The notes beneath the pieces were generated by a model. The model searched no databases. It saw nothing but the letters and a program-made list of their open reading frames with translations, and was not told where the DNA came from. A stretch of 64,000 nt of DNA. It comes from Octopus bimaculoides. Taxonomy: Eukaryota. The DNA is taken from assembly GCF_001194135.2 (NCBI RefSeq), contig NC_068987.1, positions 23,855,544-23,919,543 of the forward strand, in the 5' to 3' direction. Below, in pieces: positions 37,560 to 50,774 of the stretch. The position numbers and the translations under genes are program-made. How positions within the stretch are numbered: position 1 is the stretch's first letter; each line of letters begins with the position of its first letter.

Positions 37560-39212
37560 GATGGCCCGTATGAAAAATAACCGAACGACATATTGTTTCA
37601 AGTAGCTAGGTCTCATTCCGGGTCGAACAATACACTTTTGCAGGCTTCCCCATAAACGCTCAGTATTTTGAGTGTGAATAGAAAGGTATTTATATAAAAT
37701 TCAATTGCAAGATATCCACTTTCCTCAAAGTTATGGGGGGAAAGGTCGGACCTTGTGAATTTTTTGAAAGTCCTCTCCTCACCCCCTCGGAAAGGATTTC
37801 CCCCCACAATTTTCTTTATAATCGTAATCTATGCCGTTTGAAAGGTATTTATATAAAATTTCATTAAAAAAAGACCATCTTCCTAAAAGTTATGAGGGAA
37901 CTCCCCAGCCCCCAATTGGTTTGCGTGCATTTTTGTTTACATATTCGTTTCATACACATTTTTTAAATTCCCGTTGCACTAGTTTTTTTTTTCCGTGACG
38001 GGGTAATAAAGTAAACATTAACCAAAAATACTTCCTTTCTTTCTCACTCTATCATCCTCTCCATTCTGTAAACCATTCTTATTTCTTTATTGCCCACAAG
38101 GGGCTAAACATAGAGGGGACAAAGAAGGACAGACAAAGGGATTAAGTCGATTACATCGACCCCAGTGCGTAACTGGTACTTAATTTATCGACCCCGAAAG
38201 GATGAAAGGCAAAGTTGACCTCGGCGGAATTTGAACTGAGAACATAAAGACAGACGGAATACCGCTAAGCATTTTGCCCGGCGTGCTACCGTTTGTGCCA
38301 GCGCGCCGCCTTCTGTAAACCATTCTGTCTCGCGTTTACTGTTGTAACTATGTCTGGTATCAAAAATATTATTACAGCCACTTTCATTGTTTACAATCTT
38401 CTGTACCGCTGTATTTGTGTACATACACCGACGCAAACAAAAAGTTAGAACGGCTGAAGGGTCAAGCAAAAACGCTGTACCGGTGTATTTGTGTATCAGT
38501 AAATAACTATGTTGTAACGATTTCTGGTACCAAAAAATTATTACAACCACTTCAATTGTTTACAATCTTCTGTACCGGTGTATTTGTGTATCAGTAAATA
38601 ACCATGGACCCGTTCGTACCTCGGTGTGAAATAATGTTTTTTTCGAGTGCATTCAACATAACTGACCTCCAAACCCGCCGCAAGCCACTTTTTTCCGGAA
38701 AAGAAAGAGAGGGAGGGGTCAAAAAATTATTTCGCAGCGAAATATCGGCGGGTTCTTTGTCGCAAATAGCTGTCACGTGGTAGTAGGGTGTATTAGAAAA
38801 AACAGCCAAATCTTTCCTTTTCAGGGGAAAGAAGCCCTTTACGTGTGATTTCGATGTCACGTTTGTTGAAGGTTTTTCTTTTCCAGATTATTTCGTTAAT
38901 AACCTGGAAAAGTTAAACAAAATTCCGCGAAACAAAACCCCGTTGGTGGGAAACTCCGAGGTCCCCCCACACACTATCTTTTCTGGGAAAAAAAGTGGCT
39001 TGCGGCAGGTTTGGAGGCTAGGTGCTTTGCACGCACTCGAAAAAACTCGTGGAAAATGATCATTTCACACCGAGGTACGAGCGGGTCCTTTCCGAAATAT
39101 TTACTTAATCTTGCCTAGAAGGAAGGTGTCAAATTACACTATAAGCAAAGAGTACTGTTCTCAGGCTATGAGTTTATAACCCGAGTGAAACCGGGTCCGT
39201 CTGCTTGTTGCT
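37560..39212 (+). mobile_element. Non-autonomous Helitron/Helentron-like composite element with internal direct and inverted repeats
   Basis: Repeated GAAAGGTATTTATATAAAATT; roughly 80-bp duplication at 38345/38515; IR about 38605-38705 / 38975-39088; terminal hairpin ACCCG-AGTGAAA-CCGGGT then GCTTGT (CTAGT-like end). Confidence 0.5.
38080..38310 (-). mobile_element. Young OR-type tRNA SINE with 16-bp TSD, nested in the Helitron-like element
   Basis: TTCTGTAAACCATTCT at 38064-38079 and 38311-38326; CpG-intact head GGCGGCGCGCTGGCACAAACGGTAGCACGCCGGG. Confidence 0.85.
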
Positions 39213-40597
39213 TATATAAATTGGTTTCATTGAGATGACGTGTAGAATTACCTCCCATGTATTAAAGACCTTACTAAACTATTTCATGGATCCGTTTCGT
39301 CTTCACTTCTAGAAATGGATTTTGGCGATTCTCAGATTCCTTGCAGATTTTATTGTTTCGTATTCTTTGGACAAAACAGTAATTCTGAAGGTAAACTAAA
39401 GGTCAGTTTGAACACAATCATTCTTTCAAGTTATTTGTTTACATCCGAACTAAGTCTGATCAAGTAGACCAATGACCAAATACGTTCCAGACATGACATT
39501 CCCGTTTTTTTTTTTTGTTGTATCTAATGTTATTTTATCCTACGCAACTTCTTTTTTAAAACCGTATGATGTAATCTGTAGGATGTTTAGGTTCTGTCTT
39601 CAGCTCTTTGAAACTTGACTGTTACGATTCAGGTCACGTGTAATAGAGGAAAACTTATAGTGATTTGTTGCGACCATTCTGTCTTTTATTGTGTTTTTTA
39701 TGTATCTAATATGCACTTCATTTCTTTAACGAATAGAACCGTGATTTAGGTGTGTGTGCGGGTGGTTGATTTGGTAGCTACTTCTAGCGGATCGAGTGAC
39801 TGTGTTGATGGTCCTGCTTCATTTTATGTGCATTTAACTCTTGTTATACTATACATATGAGGGATATATAATTGAATGATTCACAAAATATTACAGCATG
39901 ATATATTCTAAAGAAAGCACATCACTTATTTTGACGCCGGAGAAATAAACTCTAGGGCAGCTTCTGTTTGGGTGATCTTTGAGTTAAAATCATCAGTTTC
40001 ATTTTTATGATGTTTGTTTACTAAAATCATATCAACAAACACAAAGGCTAATTTCAGTTATTGTCGTTTAAGTTTTACATCATTTCAGACTACACAGAAG
40101 AATGACAAAAGTGCACGCGACAATCGACCGACACATTAATACCGTTATTTGCTGCAAGGTTACTAGTGGGCTGCTGCGGATTGGTGTTGATGTTATATTC
40201 TGTTCCTTTCTTTTTAACTTCCACTACTCTCAAACAGCCTGTTAGTTTTCACTATTCGTCCACTATATAAGATTCCATCGTGAAGTAAAATAACATTGTC
40301 AATTATTTCAATTTTTGTTTCATATTTTGTTATGGTTTGTATTGTTTTTTTCCTCGATGTATTAGAATTTGTTGTTGGTCACTTTTTTCGACTTTGTTGT
40401 TCTTTAACATAGAATAGAAATTTCAATAAAACAATACCATTTGAGAAAATTGAAACCCACGTGAAACGAATGTTATAAACTCGAAGATCGCTCCTGTCTG
40501 TTTTGTGCGTGTGTTTTCTATTACTTTACACCACTTTAATAAAGAATAGTTTCTCAACTAGGCACAATATCAAGAGTGCATAGATAACACTCTTGAT

Positions 40598-40969
40598 ATT
40601 GTTGTTGGCACTCCGTCGCTTACGACGTCAGGGTTCCAGTTGATCCGATCAACGGAACAGCCTGCTCGTGAAATTAACGTGCAAGTGGCTGAGCACTCCA
40701 CAGACACGTGTACCCTTAACGTAGTTCTCGGGGATATTCAGTGTGACATGGCTGGCCCTGATGAATTACAGGCACAACAGAAACAGAAAGTAAGAGTGAG
40801 AGAAAGTTGTGGTGAAAGAGTACAGCAGGGTTCGCCACCCCACCCCCTGCCGGAGCCTCGTGGAGCTTTAGGTGTTTTCGCTCAATAAACACTCACAACG
40901 ACCGGTCTGGGAATCGAAACTGCGATCCTATGACCGCGAGTTCGCTGCCCTAACCACTGGGCCATTGCG
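40598..40969 (-). mobile_element. tRNA-derived SINE with (AAC)n tail
   Basis: Near-identical to 5870-6246 and 58276-58662. Confidence 0.85.
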
Positions 40970-41014
40970 CCTCCATGCACATAGATAGATAGATAGATAG
41001 ATACATACATACAT

Positions 41015-41075
<61 letters not shown>

Positions 41076-41149
41076 TGAAGGGCTCTGCCTAAATCATCAT
41101 ATCTTTCTTCCTCACAGCAAAGAAATATTAAAAAATGGCTTGTCTCAGC

Positions 41150-41735
41150 AGACAAAATTAAAAAGGCATCACCCAAGAGGTTGATGAAAGAGATGCACTG
41201 GAACAGCCACTCAGCTAACTCTGGTCCAATGTTGATGAGCAGGGATGTGGTCTAGGGGTCAAGAATGCCAGAGGTTTCTACTACCACAGGCTTGATTACA
41301 AACTTGTCAGTAACTGATATTGTGACAGTTTGCCCTTCTCGGCCTGACAAGCAGCAAAGCTGCTGGAGAAGATTTCAGAACATGTGGCATCCCAGATGAG
41401 GGCCTTGCAACCACAGAACAGGAACATTGTCATACCTTCTGGCCTTTTACTGTCCCCTCAGTCTAGCCCCTCTGGCTCAAGGTAGGAAGCAAAGCTTGTG
41501 ATGTCTAGGCTATGCTTTATGGTCTCATTGAGGGTAGCATGACATGAAAGGCAGCCAACATTATAGTGACGTGACAGTGGGTGGAGGAAAGAAAATTCAG
41601 ACCTGCAACAGTATTTGTGAGGCTCAGGGAAACACTAATGCGCAGACAGTCACTATCAAGCTGAATTCCAGGTACCACTGTGGGGCTGGGAAGCTGATCA
41701 GAAACATACCAGATGGTGCTAATAGTTAAGTTCAA
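41150..41735 (-). mobile_element. Decayed CRE-like non-LTR retrotransposon, C-terminal restriction-like endonuclease region
   Basis: Minus-strand remnants GIQLDSDCLRISVSLSL, CHATLNETIK, PEGMTMF...KALIWDATCS (cf. RPDG...LxWDAT). Confidence 0.55.
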
Positions 41736-42264
41736 AAATTAAGCCCATCCATCAGATTGTAACAAACAGCTACAGTATACCTAAGCAAAGATTCAAAACT
41801 GAACCCACATTTTCCACATTGACAAACAAATTCTTGGCCTATTGTCTTAGCCTTTCTGCACTGAGAGATTAATGAGAAAAAACTGACCTCTTAGACTGTT
41901 TTTGAAGTATCCATCAGTTAAAATTGATGTGGTGAAGAATTCCTATTGTTTACAGTTGACCTAATTAAATTAGCAAAGATATAAATACATAAGCCAAATT
42001 ACTCATGCTCTTTCAGACATTCGGCATCAAGCTGAGGAGCAAGCTTTCTCACTATGTTGGTTAATACATGCAAAAGTAGACTTCTTACCATTTCTGTCTG
42101 CATGCATTCTTTCTTCCTAGCAGGCACACAAGGAAACAAACATATCATACAGAATGGAGATCTACAAAGAGACTATGTGCACACAAACAACTTGACAAGG
42201 TTTTATATATATTATTTACATTATTTACATTTGATGGATATTTGTTCTCATCTTGTTTGTTGTT

Positions 42265-42310
42265 AACACAGTGTTTCAGCTGATATACCCTCCAGCCTTC
42301 ATCAGGTGTC
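42265..42310 (-). ncRNA. Minimal hammerhead, degenerate copy in left arm
   Basis: Minus strand GACAC-CTGATGA-A-GGCTG-GAGGGTATAT-CAGCT-GAAAC-ACT-GTGTT; cleavage triplet mutated. Confidence 0.5.
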
Positions 42311-42494
42311 TTGGGGAAATTTCGAAGATGGGTTCTCATTCCTATGTCCACGGGCATATGGTGTAGTGGTTAAGAGCGCAGGCTACTAACCCTAAGATTC
42401 CAAGTTCAATTCTAGGCAGTGACCTGAATAATAACAGTATTTGAACATCGAAAAATACCTTAGGAATGAGAACCCAGGTTCGAAATTTCCCCAA

Positions 42495-42540
42495 GATACC
42501 TGATGAAGGCTGGAGGGTATATCAGCCGAAATGTTGTGTT
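42495..42540 (+). ncRNA. Minimal (stem III-less, dimer-type) hammerhead ribozyme motif in right arm
   Basis: GATAC-CTGATGA-A-GGCTG-GAGGGTATAT-CAGCC-GAAA-T-GTT-GTGTT; perfect 5-bp stem II; stem I GATAC/GTGTT; GAAAT probably CpG decay of GAAACGTT. Confidence 0.65.
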
Positions 42541-43134
42541 AACAACAAACAAGATGAGGACAAATATCTGTCAAATGTAAATAATGTACATAATTCCTCA
42601 TCTCTTAAATATAGAACTGTATTAAAGTTTTATATATCTTATACATTATAATGACTTGCATTATAATCATTTTCAACATTGTAACAACATGATAATTGAT
42701 ACTTAATAAATGGTCATATTTAATAATCAAGCAAATAATATTGTTTCTCAATCATTTCTTTGATGCGTCTTCACATAAAACTTTGTTGTTACAAGATATG
42801 AAACATGTTCCTAATATCCAATGCAAAAGTGTTTTACACATGCAACCGGGGACCTCACTCAAGCAGCATTTTCCTTCCTACTGCACCAAATACCCAATGC
42901 CTTTCATGCCACTCACCTCAGTGACATTTCTGATGCATATATTTGGATTCACCTATTTTCACAGTAATGGGACGTCCAGTTGCTGTGGATGATCTTCCAA
43001 AAGTTGCTCACATATTTCTATCAGGAGCTTACACCAATTAACCATGGTATTATTACTCACTTGCAGTTCAAAAATCATTTTGTTCTGTGGATAGTCTCTT
43101 ACCCATATGTACATTAGTTGAATTATTAATGTAA

Positions 43135-43340
43135 GGCAGGGAACTGGTAGAATACGTTAACATGCTGGGCAAAATGCTTAGTGGCATTTCGTTCATCTTT
43201 ATGTTCTGAGTTCAAATTCTACCAATGTCAACTTTGCTTTTCATCCTTTCAGGGTTGATAAAGTAAGTACCAGTTGAGTACTGGGTCAATGTATTTAACT
43301 TACCCACTCCTCCAATATTGCTGGCCTTGTGCCAAAATTT
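43135..43340 (+). mobile_element. OR-type tRNA SINE, diverged
   Basis: Head and core as at 1896; ATTATTAATG on both flanks. Confidence 0.75.
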
Positions 43341-43947
43341 GAAACCATTATTAATGGTTATGTGAAATGGCTCCTCTCAAAAAGGAATTGACTTGTTTAG
43401 TCTGAGTGAATTCACAGGAACCAGACCACCTCTTCCTGTCAATTCTTTCTCTACAGTTCATAAATGATGAACCATTATTAAATTGCTCACATGTAACTGT
43501 GTTGGATATCATGCATTGACATGTAATGCCTTCTCTGTGGTGTTCATTGATGGATAAAGTACATTAGAATGATGTACATTGATTACTAGTTCTAAAATAC
43601 TTAACATATCACTGTAAGGTACTTTACATGTAACCTGAGTGAAAGAGATTCCAAATGAATTATGAAAGTTCATTAAGAAATTACTTCTGAACTGCGTTGT
43701 TTGCCATATATAATGTCAATAAATTATTGCTTGATTACTGTTGAAGCTTGTTCCAGTAAATGTTTAAATCTATGTAAGGTTTAGTGTATCATACCAAACA
43801 GTCCTTTCAGTGTGATGCCAGCTTCAGGTGGTTCCCATAGATTTGTTTTCATCTATATATATAAAAGACAGGATGTGTATCTGTGTGTGTTTGTCATGTC
43901 ATTAAAACTCAAGATCCACTCAACCGATTTTAATGTAATTTTACACA

Positions 43948-44683
43948 TGCAAGTGAAATCGAAATCGAGTTAAATCCAACAACTGGCACCCATGCCAACG
44001 TCGTCTCCTTCATTGGACACGAAACTCAGCTTGCGAAGACTTATTGGGGCAAGCGAAAGTGAAATCGTGAAGGCACCTGTGCCCAGCATCACCTTTCTGG
44101 CACTTGTGCCCGCGGCATGTGTAAGGACTTTCGAGAGAGATCGTTGCCAGTGCCCCTGGACTGGCTCTTGTGCGGGTGGCACATAAAATACACCATTTTG
44201 AGCGTGGCCGTTGCCAGTACCGCCTGACTGGCCTTTGTGCCAGTGGCACGTAAAAGCACCCACNNNNNNNNNNNNNNNNNNNNNNNNNNNNNNNNNNNNN
44301 NNNNNNNNNNNNNNNNNNNNNNNNNNNNNNNNNNNNNNNNNNNNNNNNNNNNNNNNNNNNNNNNNNNNNNNNNNNNNNNNNNNNNNNNNNNNNNNNNNNN
44401 NNNNNNNNNNNNNNNNNNNNNNNNNNNNNNNNNNNNNNNNNNNNNNNNNNNNNNNNNNNNNNNNNNNNNNNNNNNNNNNNNNNNNNNNNNNNNNNNNNNN
44501 NNNNNNNNNNNNNNNNNNNNNNNNNNNNNNNNNNNNNNNNNNNNNNNNNNNNNNNNNNNNNNNNNNNNNNNNNNNNNNNNNNNNNNNNNNNNNNNNNNNN
44601 NNNNNNNNNNCCCGTCCTCAGTCAAATCGTCCAACCCATGCTAGCATGGAAAGTGGACGTTAAACAATGATGATGATGATGAT
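43948..44683 (+). mobile_element. SINE-like element with (GAT)n RTE-type tail spanning a gap
   Basis: 3' end is the reverse complement of 3040-3100; internal GTGCCAGTGGCAC-type repeats. Confidence 0.65.
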
Positions 44684-45062
44684 ATATATATATTTACTGT
44701 CTATACTGTTTACCCCTTTCCCTTTCCCTACAAAGAAAATGCTAGTGCCCTCTTAAGCTTTGAATCACTAGGTCTGATAAGATGATCCATAAATCAGAAA
44801 CAAAAAAACAAATAAAATCAGTGACAGTTAAAAATCTGCTTAGAATTTACTTACTAGCCTGTATGGTCTGGCTAAATCAAAATGTTTTTTTTTGTATTCT
44901 TCCTTTCTACTTGGAGAGTTTAAATGTAGTTATAAAAATATGTCCTGTTGAAATGTATATAATATAAGCAATATATATAAGCATGTGTATGTATAAAAAA
45001 AATTTTCAGAATGAGATAAAAATCCAAGGCTGTGAAATATTTTAGAACATTTATAAATAGAA

Positions 45063-45113
45063 GGTCTTACAGCTGTTTCCCGTATATTTTATATATCCCT
45101 TCATCAGAGATGG
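45063..45113 (-). ncRNA. Degenerate Penelope-type hammerhead motif
   Basis: Minus strand CCATCT-CTGATGA-A-GGGATATATAAAATATACGG-GAA-ACAGCTGT-A-AGACC: palindromic stem III, GTA triplet, stem I TCT/AGA; stem II closing pair damaged. Confidence 0.5.
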
Positions 45114-45306
45114 TGTGAGAAAATGGTTAAGCAATAGTTATTCTAGATAAGATATGAAGTAGGGAGTGAAGTGGAGGAATGAAAATAGACATGAGATATG
45201 CAGAGATATGTGTGTTTTCATTTAGTACTTCATCACCACTAATTAAATTAGTAGACTTACTATTACTAACATCATTATTTTCTCTTTGAAAATGAGNNNN
45301 NNNNNN

Positions 45307-45348
<42 letters not shown>

Positions 45349-47359
45349 CAGACTTCTATATGTATATATTTGTTTGTTTGTATCTGTGTTTGTCCCCACC
45401 AGCATCATCTGACAACTGATGTTGATGTGTTTACCTCCCCGTAACTTAACAGTTCAGGAAAAGTGACCGACAGAATAAGTATTAGGCTTACTAAGATTAA
45501 ATCCTGGGGTTGATTTGTTCAACTAAAACCCCTGAAGGTTGTGCTCCAGCATGGCTGCAGTCAAATGAATGAAACACGTAGAAGAATAAAAGTATATGGA
45601 TGTATATATGTGTGATTTTTGTATACATGCAAACATACATAAATATGTAAATCTATACATGTGTGTGCGTAACTTCTCACTCCCTCTCTTTTTCCCTCTC
45701 TTCACCCACCAACAAGCACAAGAATATATGGGCCTTAGTAAATAGTAGTTACATACACTCAAGTAGTAAAATAACAACCACTTAATATTTATACCCGCTA
45801 AATACATACATATTATTGTAGCCTTTCAAATTTATTTTGTGTTCTACTGTTATATAGACAATGTCTAACACAACCAGATTCACACATTACAATTATCAAG
45901 GTAAACTATTCTCTTCTCCAGAGTTAAACTTTGATTTTAATTTTTTGTTAGCTGGATTTTAGATGAGGCTTATAGCATTAACATCGATATTTCTGACTTT
46001 TCCATTAGTCAAACCTTTGTATGTGTTGAAGCATTTGTTTTACTATTGTGTGTTTCTAATGCAAATCACTCAACTTGGAAATTAGACTAAAGATTGTTTA
46101 TTGTCTCTTTCTTTCTTTTTTTTTTTTTTGTTGTCCTGGTTAAATGGAAGAAGTTGTGTTAGATTGTTTGTTTAAAAACAACATAGTAACAGTAATAAGA
46201 TATGAATGTACCATCTTGTAGACAACAGATCATATACTTATCTACCTGTTTGTTTCTATTTCTATCTACCTGTCTATTCATTGTCCTACCAGTCTGCCTG
46301 TTTGTCTGTATACACACACACATAAACACACAAACACACACACACACACACACATAATATAGGTTAAAGTAGTGAGAAAAGGCAAACAATCAGTCAAGGC
46401 AGGACAAGGACATTTGATTTCATTTAATTCGATCTAAAATTTAGCGACATAACAAATGGTAAAAGTAGTACAAATAGGTGACAGCTGTTTCTGAGATATT
46501 CCAGCTATTGGAGCTTCATATCAAGCGAAGGCTCTAAGTTGGGTATTCTATCATTGGAGAGTTATAGGGTTCAACAGTGGAAGGAATGCTCCTCATCATT
46601 GATATTTGTTGTGGTTCATTATATTCAGGAGGCTAGGAGGGTCCAGTTAAATCCGGTTAGACCAGGGCTTTTTTAGGTAAATCCATGATCAGAAAGGGTG
46701 GATAAGTGGTACATCAAGGTGAGAAGAGGGAAATAAGTATTATGCAGTACTCAATATTGAGGGAAAATGAAATTGAATGCTAGCAGATCAAGCGTTGTGC
46801 ATGGAATAAAGATACATTCTGGTTAGAGCATCACTATCTTACAAGCAATGTTTGTTTTTAATCTTGTATGAAAATATGTCCTACTATAAAGTAACATTAC
46901 CTTGTTTGTAAATGGGTGAGTGCTGGTAACAGGAAAGGTATCTAACCATAAAAAAAATCTGTTTCGACAGATTCATCCATTTTCCAATTTTGCCTCTTTA
47001 TCTTACTGATAACACACTGTCCTACTCATATTGTAATCTTGACAAAGATTCTTTTTGATAAATGTATAAAATATTGTAACTCATTAAAATATTTATTCCT
47101 GTGAAAAATCATAACTTTTATGAACACTTAACCCTCACAATGAGCATCTCCTTGATGATAGCGAGCTCACAATGGATCAAGGGGATGTTACTGCCCAGAT
47201 TAAATACCACTGCGCTAAATGACTATTGCAGACATGTGCACATGTGTTTGTATATGTATGTATGTATATGCACATGTGTGAGTATGTATGTACATATATG
47301 TGTGTGCATATATGTATGTATGCATGCATGCAGGATGCATGGTGCCGGAGGTATTTGAG

Positions 47360-47740
47360 ATCATCATCATCATTGTTTAACATCCGCTTTCCATGCTGGC
47401 ATGGGTTAGATGGGTTTGGCTGAAAACTGATAAGTCAGGGTGCTGCACCAGGTTCCAATCTGATTTGGCAAGGGTTCTATGGCTGGATGCCCTTCATAAC
47501 ACCACCCACTCTGAGAGTGTAGTGGGTGCTTTTTTACATACCGCTGACCTGATACCAGCATCGGCCACAACTCTACAGTCTCACTTGGCTTGACAGGAGA
47601 ACACAAGTACTGTATATCACCAAGGGTCTTGGTCACCTATCACTGTCTGCAAGAAGCCCAACACTCGAATGGTGCTTTTTATGTGGCACATAAAAAGTAC
47701 CATTATGTGGCACCTGTGTCAGTGGCACATAGAATCTGAA
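47360..47740 (-). mobile_element. Diverged copy of the (GAT)n-tailed SINE-like element
   Basis: (CAT)n followed by TGTTTAACATCCGCTTTCCATGCTGGCATGGG. Confidence 0.7.
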
Positions 47741-47874
47741 ATATATTATATATATGCATGTGTGTATGTATGTGTGTACATATGTATGTTTTTTTGTATA
47801 TATGTATGTGTGTGTATTTATGACATATATGTATTTATGTATATATGTATGAATGTATCTATGTATGTACATAC

Positions 47875-49060
47875 GTACTGGCTGATAAAGGTATTTGAGG
47901 GCATATTTGGTAATTTAACAAAAGAAAAAACTTTAATCTTTCAAAAAACCAAATACATTTTACTAAAAACTTGTGGGCATGCTCTCAATAAGTTTCTTTT
48001 ATAAGATTATTCTATGAATCCACTTTCAGCTTGATGACTGCTTCAATGCGGAACCAAAATTGTTAAAATATTTGCACTAAATAGTCCTTATTCATCTCAG
48101 ACATAACCTGGACAATGGCAGCTTTCAGTTTGTGAGAACATCAGTTAATTCCCTTTCAACAATACATCAAACATAGTAGTTCATGAGATTTAAATTTGGA
48201 GTGTTTGGAGACCAGAAGTTCAGTGTTACATGGCATTACTTGATTGTAAAGATTGTCTGACATCCAATCTTGGACTATATGGTCTTTGTCAGGAGGTGCT
48301 GATCCTTGTTGAAATACATTTGACCTTCTACTGCATACTTCATCCATCCAGGGCTTAACAATTTTTTCCAGGGCCTCAACATATCCAGCAGCATTAATTC
48401 TAAGACCCTGTGAGAAAATGTGAGATGCCATGACATGATCTTCATCACTCACCTCTCCTAAAACCATCACAGTTGCTGGAAACTTAGTGTTCATCACTCT
48501 CAGGGCATCAGAAGGATCTACACTTAACCATCTGTCATTTCTCCTGTTAGAATTTTGATCTTGATCAAAGTTTTTCTCATTAAAGAAGGACCAAAACATA
48601 CCATGTTTGTAAAGGCTTTTAACCTTGTTAACTAGCCATTTGGCATGAATCAAATGGTTTTCCCGGGTCTTTGCAGACATGAATTAGTCTCTCCTCAGTA
48701 CACACAACTTATATTGAATGTCCATGTGCACCACAGTTATGATAGTCCAATGCTCAAAGCTTTGGCAATAATGGTCCTCTTTGATTTTCTAGTATCATCA
48801 TCAATAATTCTTTTAACCCATTAGATGAACTGTAGTGTTCTAATTATATCCAAATGTTTAGAATGATTGTATTCTCTTTGATACAAATGGAAAATTCCCA
48901 CCAGAGGCTTCCAATTCCATCCAAACTTTGTGTACAAAAAAAACCTTGCAACATTTAGAAAGTTGGCAATTTCTAAATTACTGTTTTGCATATATGGTAA
49001 CAATGATTGCCTGCTTTTCGTTTCTTGTGTTAGCATTTTTTTTTTTTTTTGGTAATGGGG
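47875..49060 (-). mobile_element. Decayed maT/DD37D-type Tc1-mariner transposon
   Basis: ORF 48156-48680: EKNFDQDQNSNRRNDRWL, TKFPATVMVLG, QGLRINAAGY, VFQQGSAP; catalytic motifs mutated; boundaries approximate. Confidence 0.75.
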
Positions 49061-49182
49061 GACTTGAAAGAAATAAAAACCTTTTCATTAATTTGAAAAG
49101 AGTGATACTGATAATTAAGTGTCCTCAAATATCTCTCACACTCAGTATGTGTGTGTGTATATGTATGTTTATATATTTGTAT

Positions 49183-49215
<33 letters not shown>

Positions 49216-49912
49216 GATGTGTGTGTGTGTGTATACAGAGAGAGATGGGGCAATCTATCACTATGTATGTATCTTACTGTCGAAGACAAATCTCCCTCAA
49301 ATCACACATCTGTCTTATAGCTTTTTGAAATGACAACCAGAACTCTTTCAAATCACACACACCCACTGGAAGAATTAACTGGGAAATCTACTTCCTGATA
49401 CACAAAAGGATACCTTAACAAAAAAAAAAATGGACCCATTAAGATATGTATCATACCCAACAAAATTCCTTGTATTTTGTTGTATAGCTATATGCTGTAA
49501 GTTTAAATCATGATGAGATGAACTTTTTCTTTCATCTTTCTAAGTTGATTATATAAAATAAAAACCAGCTAAGCACTGAAGTCAATCAAATTAACATGTA
49601 GCAGTAACAAATAAAACTGTGTTTATATAATTGTGTCTGTTACCGTCTCTAATTTCTCATGTTTATCTCTAATGAAATATCACCTCACTACCTCCTTCCA
49701 CATTTTTTTTCTTTCTCCCTCACGCAAACAAACAGCTATTCTCACACACACACACACACACATTCATATATCCACCCATGCATTCATTCACACATAAATA
49801 GAATTGTAGCTTTATACACACATATATATTCACTTAAATACCTCCATACATCCACACACACACACACATGCTCTTTCATACATACATTCAATGCCTTACA
49901 TTTACACACATA

Positions 49913-50230
49913 TACTCTTTTACTCTTTTACTTGTTTCAGTCATTTGACCGTGGCCATGCTGGAGCACCGCCTTTAGTCGAGCAAATCAACCCCAGGACT
50001 TATTCTTTGTAAGCCTAGTACTTATTCTATCGGTCTCTTTTGCCAAACTGCTAAGTTACTGGGACGTAAATACAGACACACAAACACATGCACACAGTTT
50101 ATGTCTACCAAATCCACTCACAAGGCTTTGGTCGGCCCTAGGCTATAGTAGAAGACACTTGCCCAAGGTGCCACTGAACCCGGAACCATGTGGTTCATAA
50201 GCTAGCTACTTACCACACAGCCACTCCTAC
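49913..50230 (-). mobile_element. OK-like tRNA SINE (internal deletion)
   Basis: Same family as 27018, 56565, 62053. Confidence 0.8.
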
Positions 50231-50774
50231 TCATACATTCATGAGCATATATAGACATGTGCTTACAGATATAACCACACTCTCTTACATTCAAATGTAC
50301 ATGCTAACATATTCATAAGCACATACATAGATATGATTACACACATAAACACATTTCTCTGCACTCATACACACATACACATTCCTAAGTACACACACAT
50401 GCACAATGCATATTTACAAACATGCCTAAATACATGTACACTTACCCACACACTCAGTTTAACACTACCACCTGGCACCTTGGGTGTCTGTAGTAGAGTC
50501 CACTCCTTTGTAAAGGATATTAATTTGAGGATACCTTCTTCCTTCCCTTCTGTTGGTTTTGGATACCCTATAATGGGTCATGAATGCTGCCTTTCCTCCG
50601 GGCTAAAAATTAAAAAAACAAATTTAACTTCACAAACACAGAAACACACATACACAAAACTGCCTTATCTTGGTCCTAAGTGTTTTGCTATCTCCAATAA
50701 TTTAAATTACTCTGTTTACATCAGTGAAATCTCAGCTCTAGAATGATTTATTTGTGTTATCCTTCATGGGGGTG

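Larger units (their letters stand above)
42211..42594 (+). mobile_element. tRNA-headed element flanked by 134-bp inverted arms carrying Penelope-type hammerheads
   Basis: Arms 42211-42344 / 42461-42594; tRNA-like head 42352-42424 (box A TGGTGTAGTGG, degenerate box B); hammerhead core in each arm. Confidence 0.75.

Noticed and set aside
42352-42424. tRNA-like sequence as a functional tRNA gene (also SINE heads at about 6170-6246, 34826, 40900, 58590)
   Set aside because: Acceptor and T stems do not pair properly and each is followed by a repeat body; these are SINE heads
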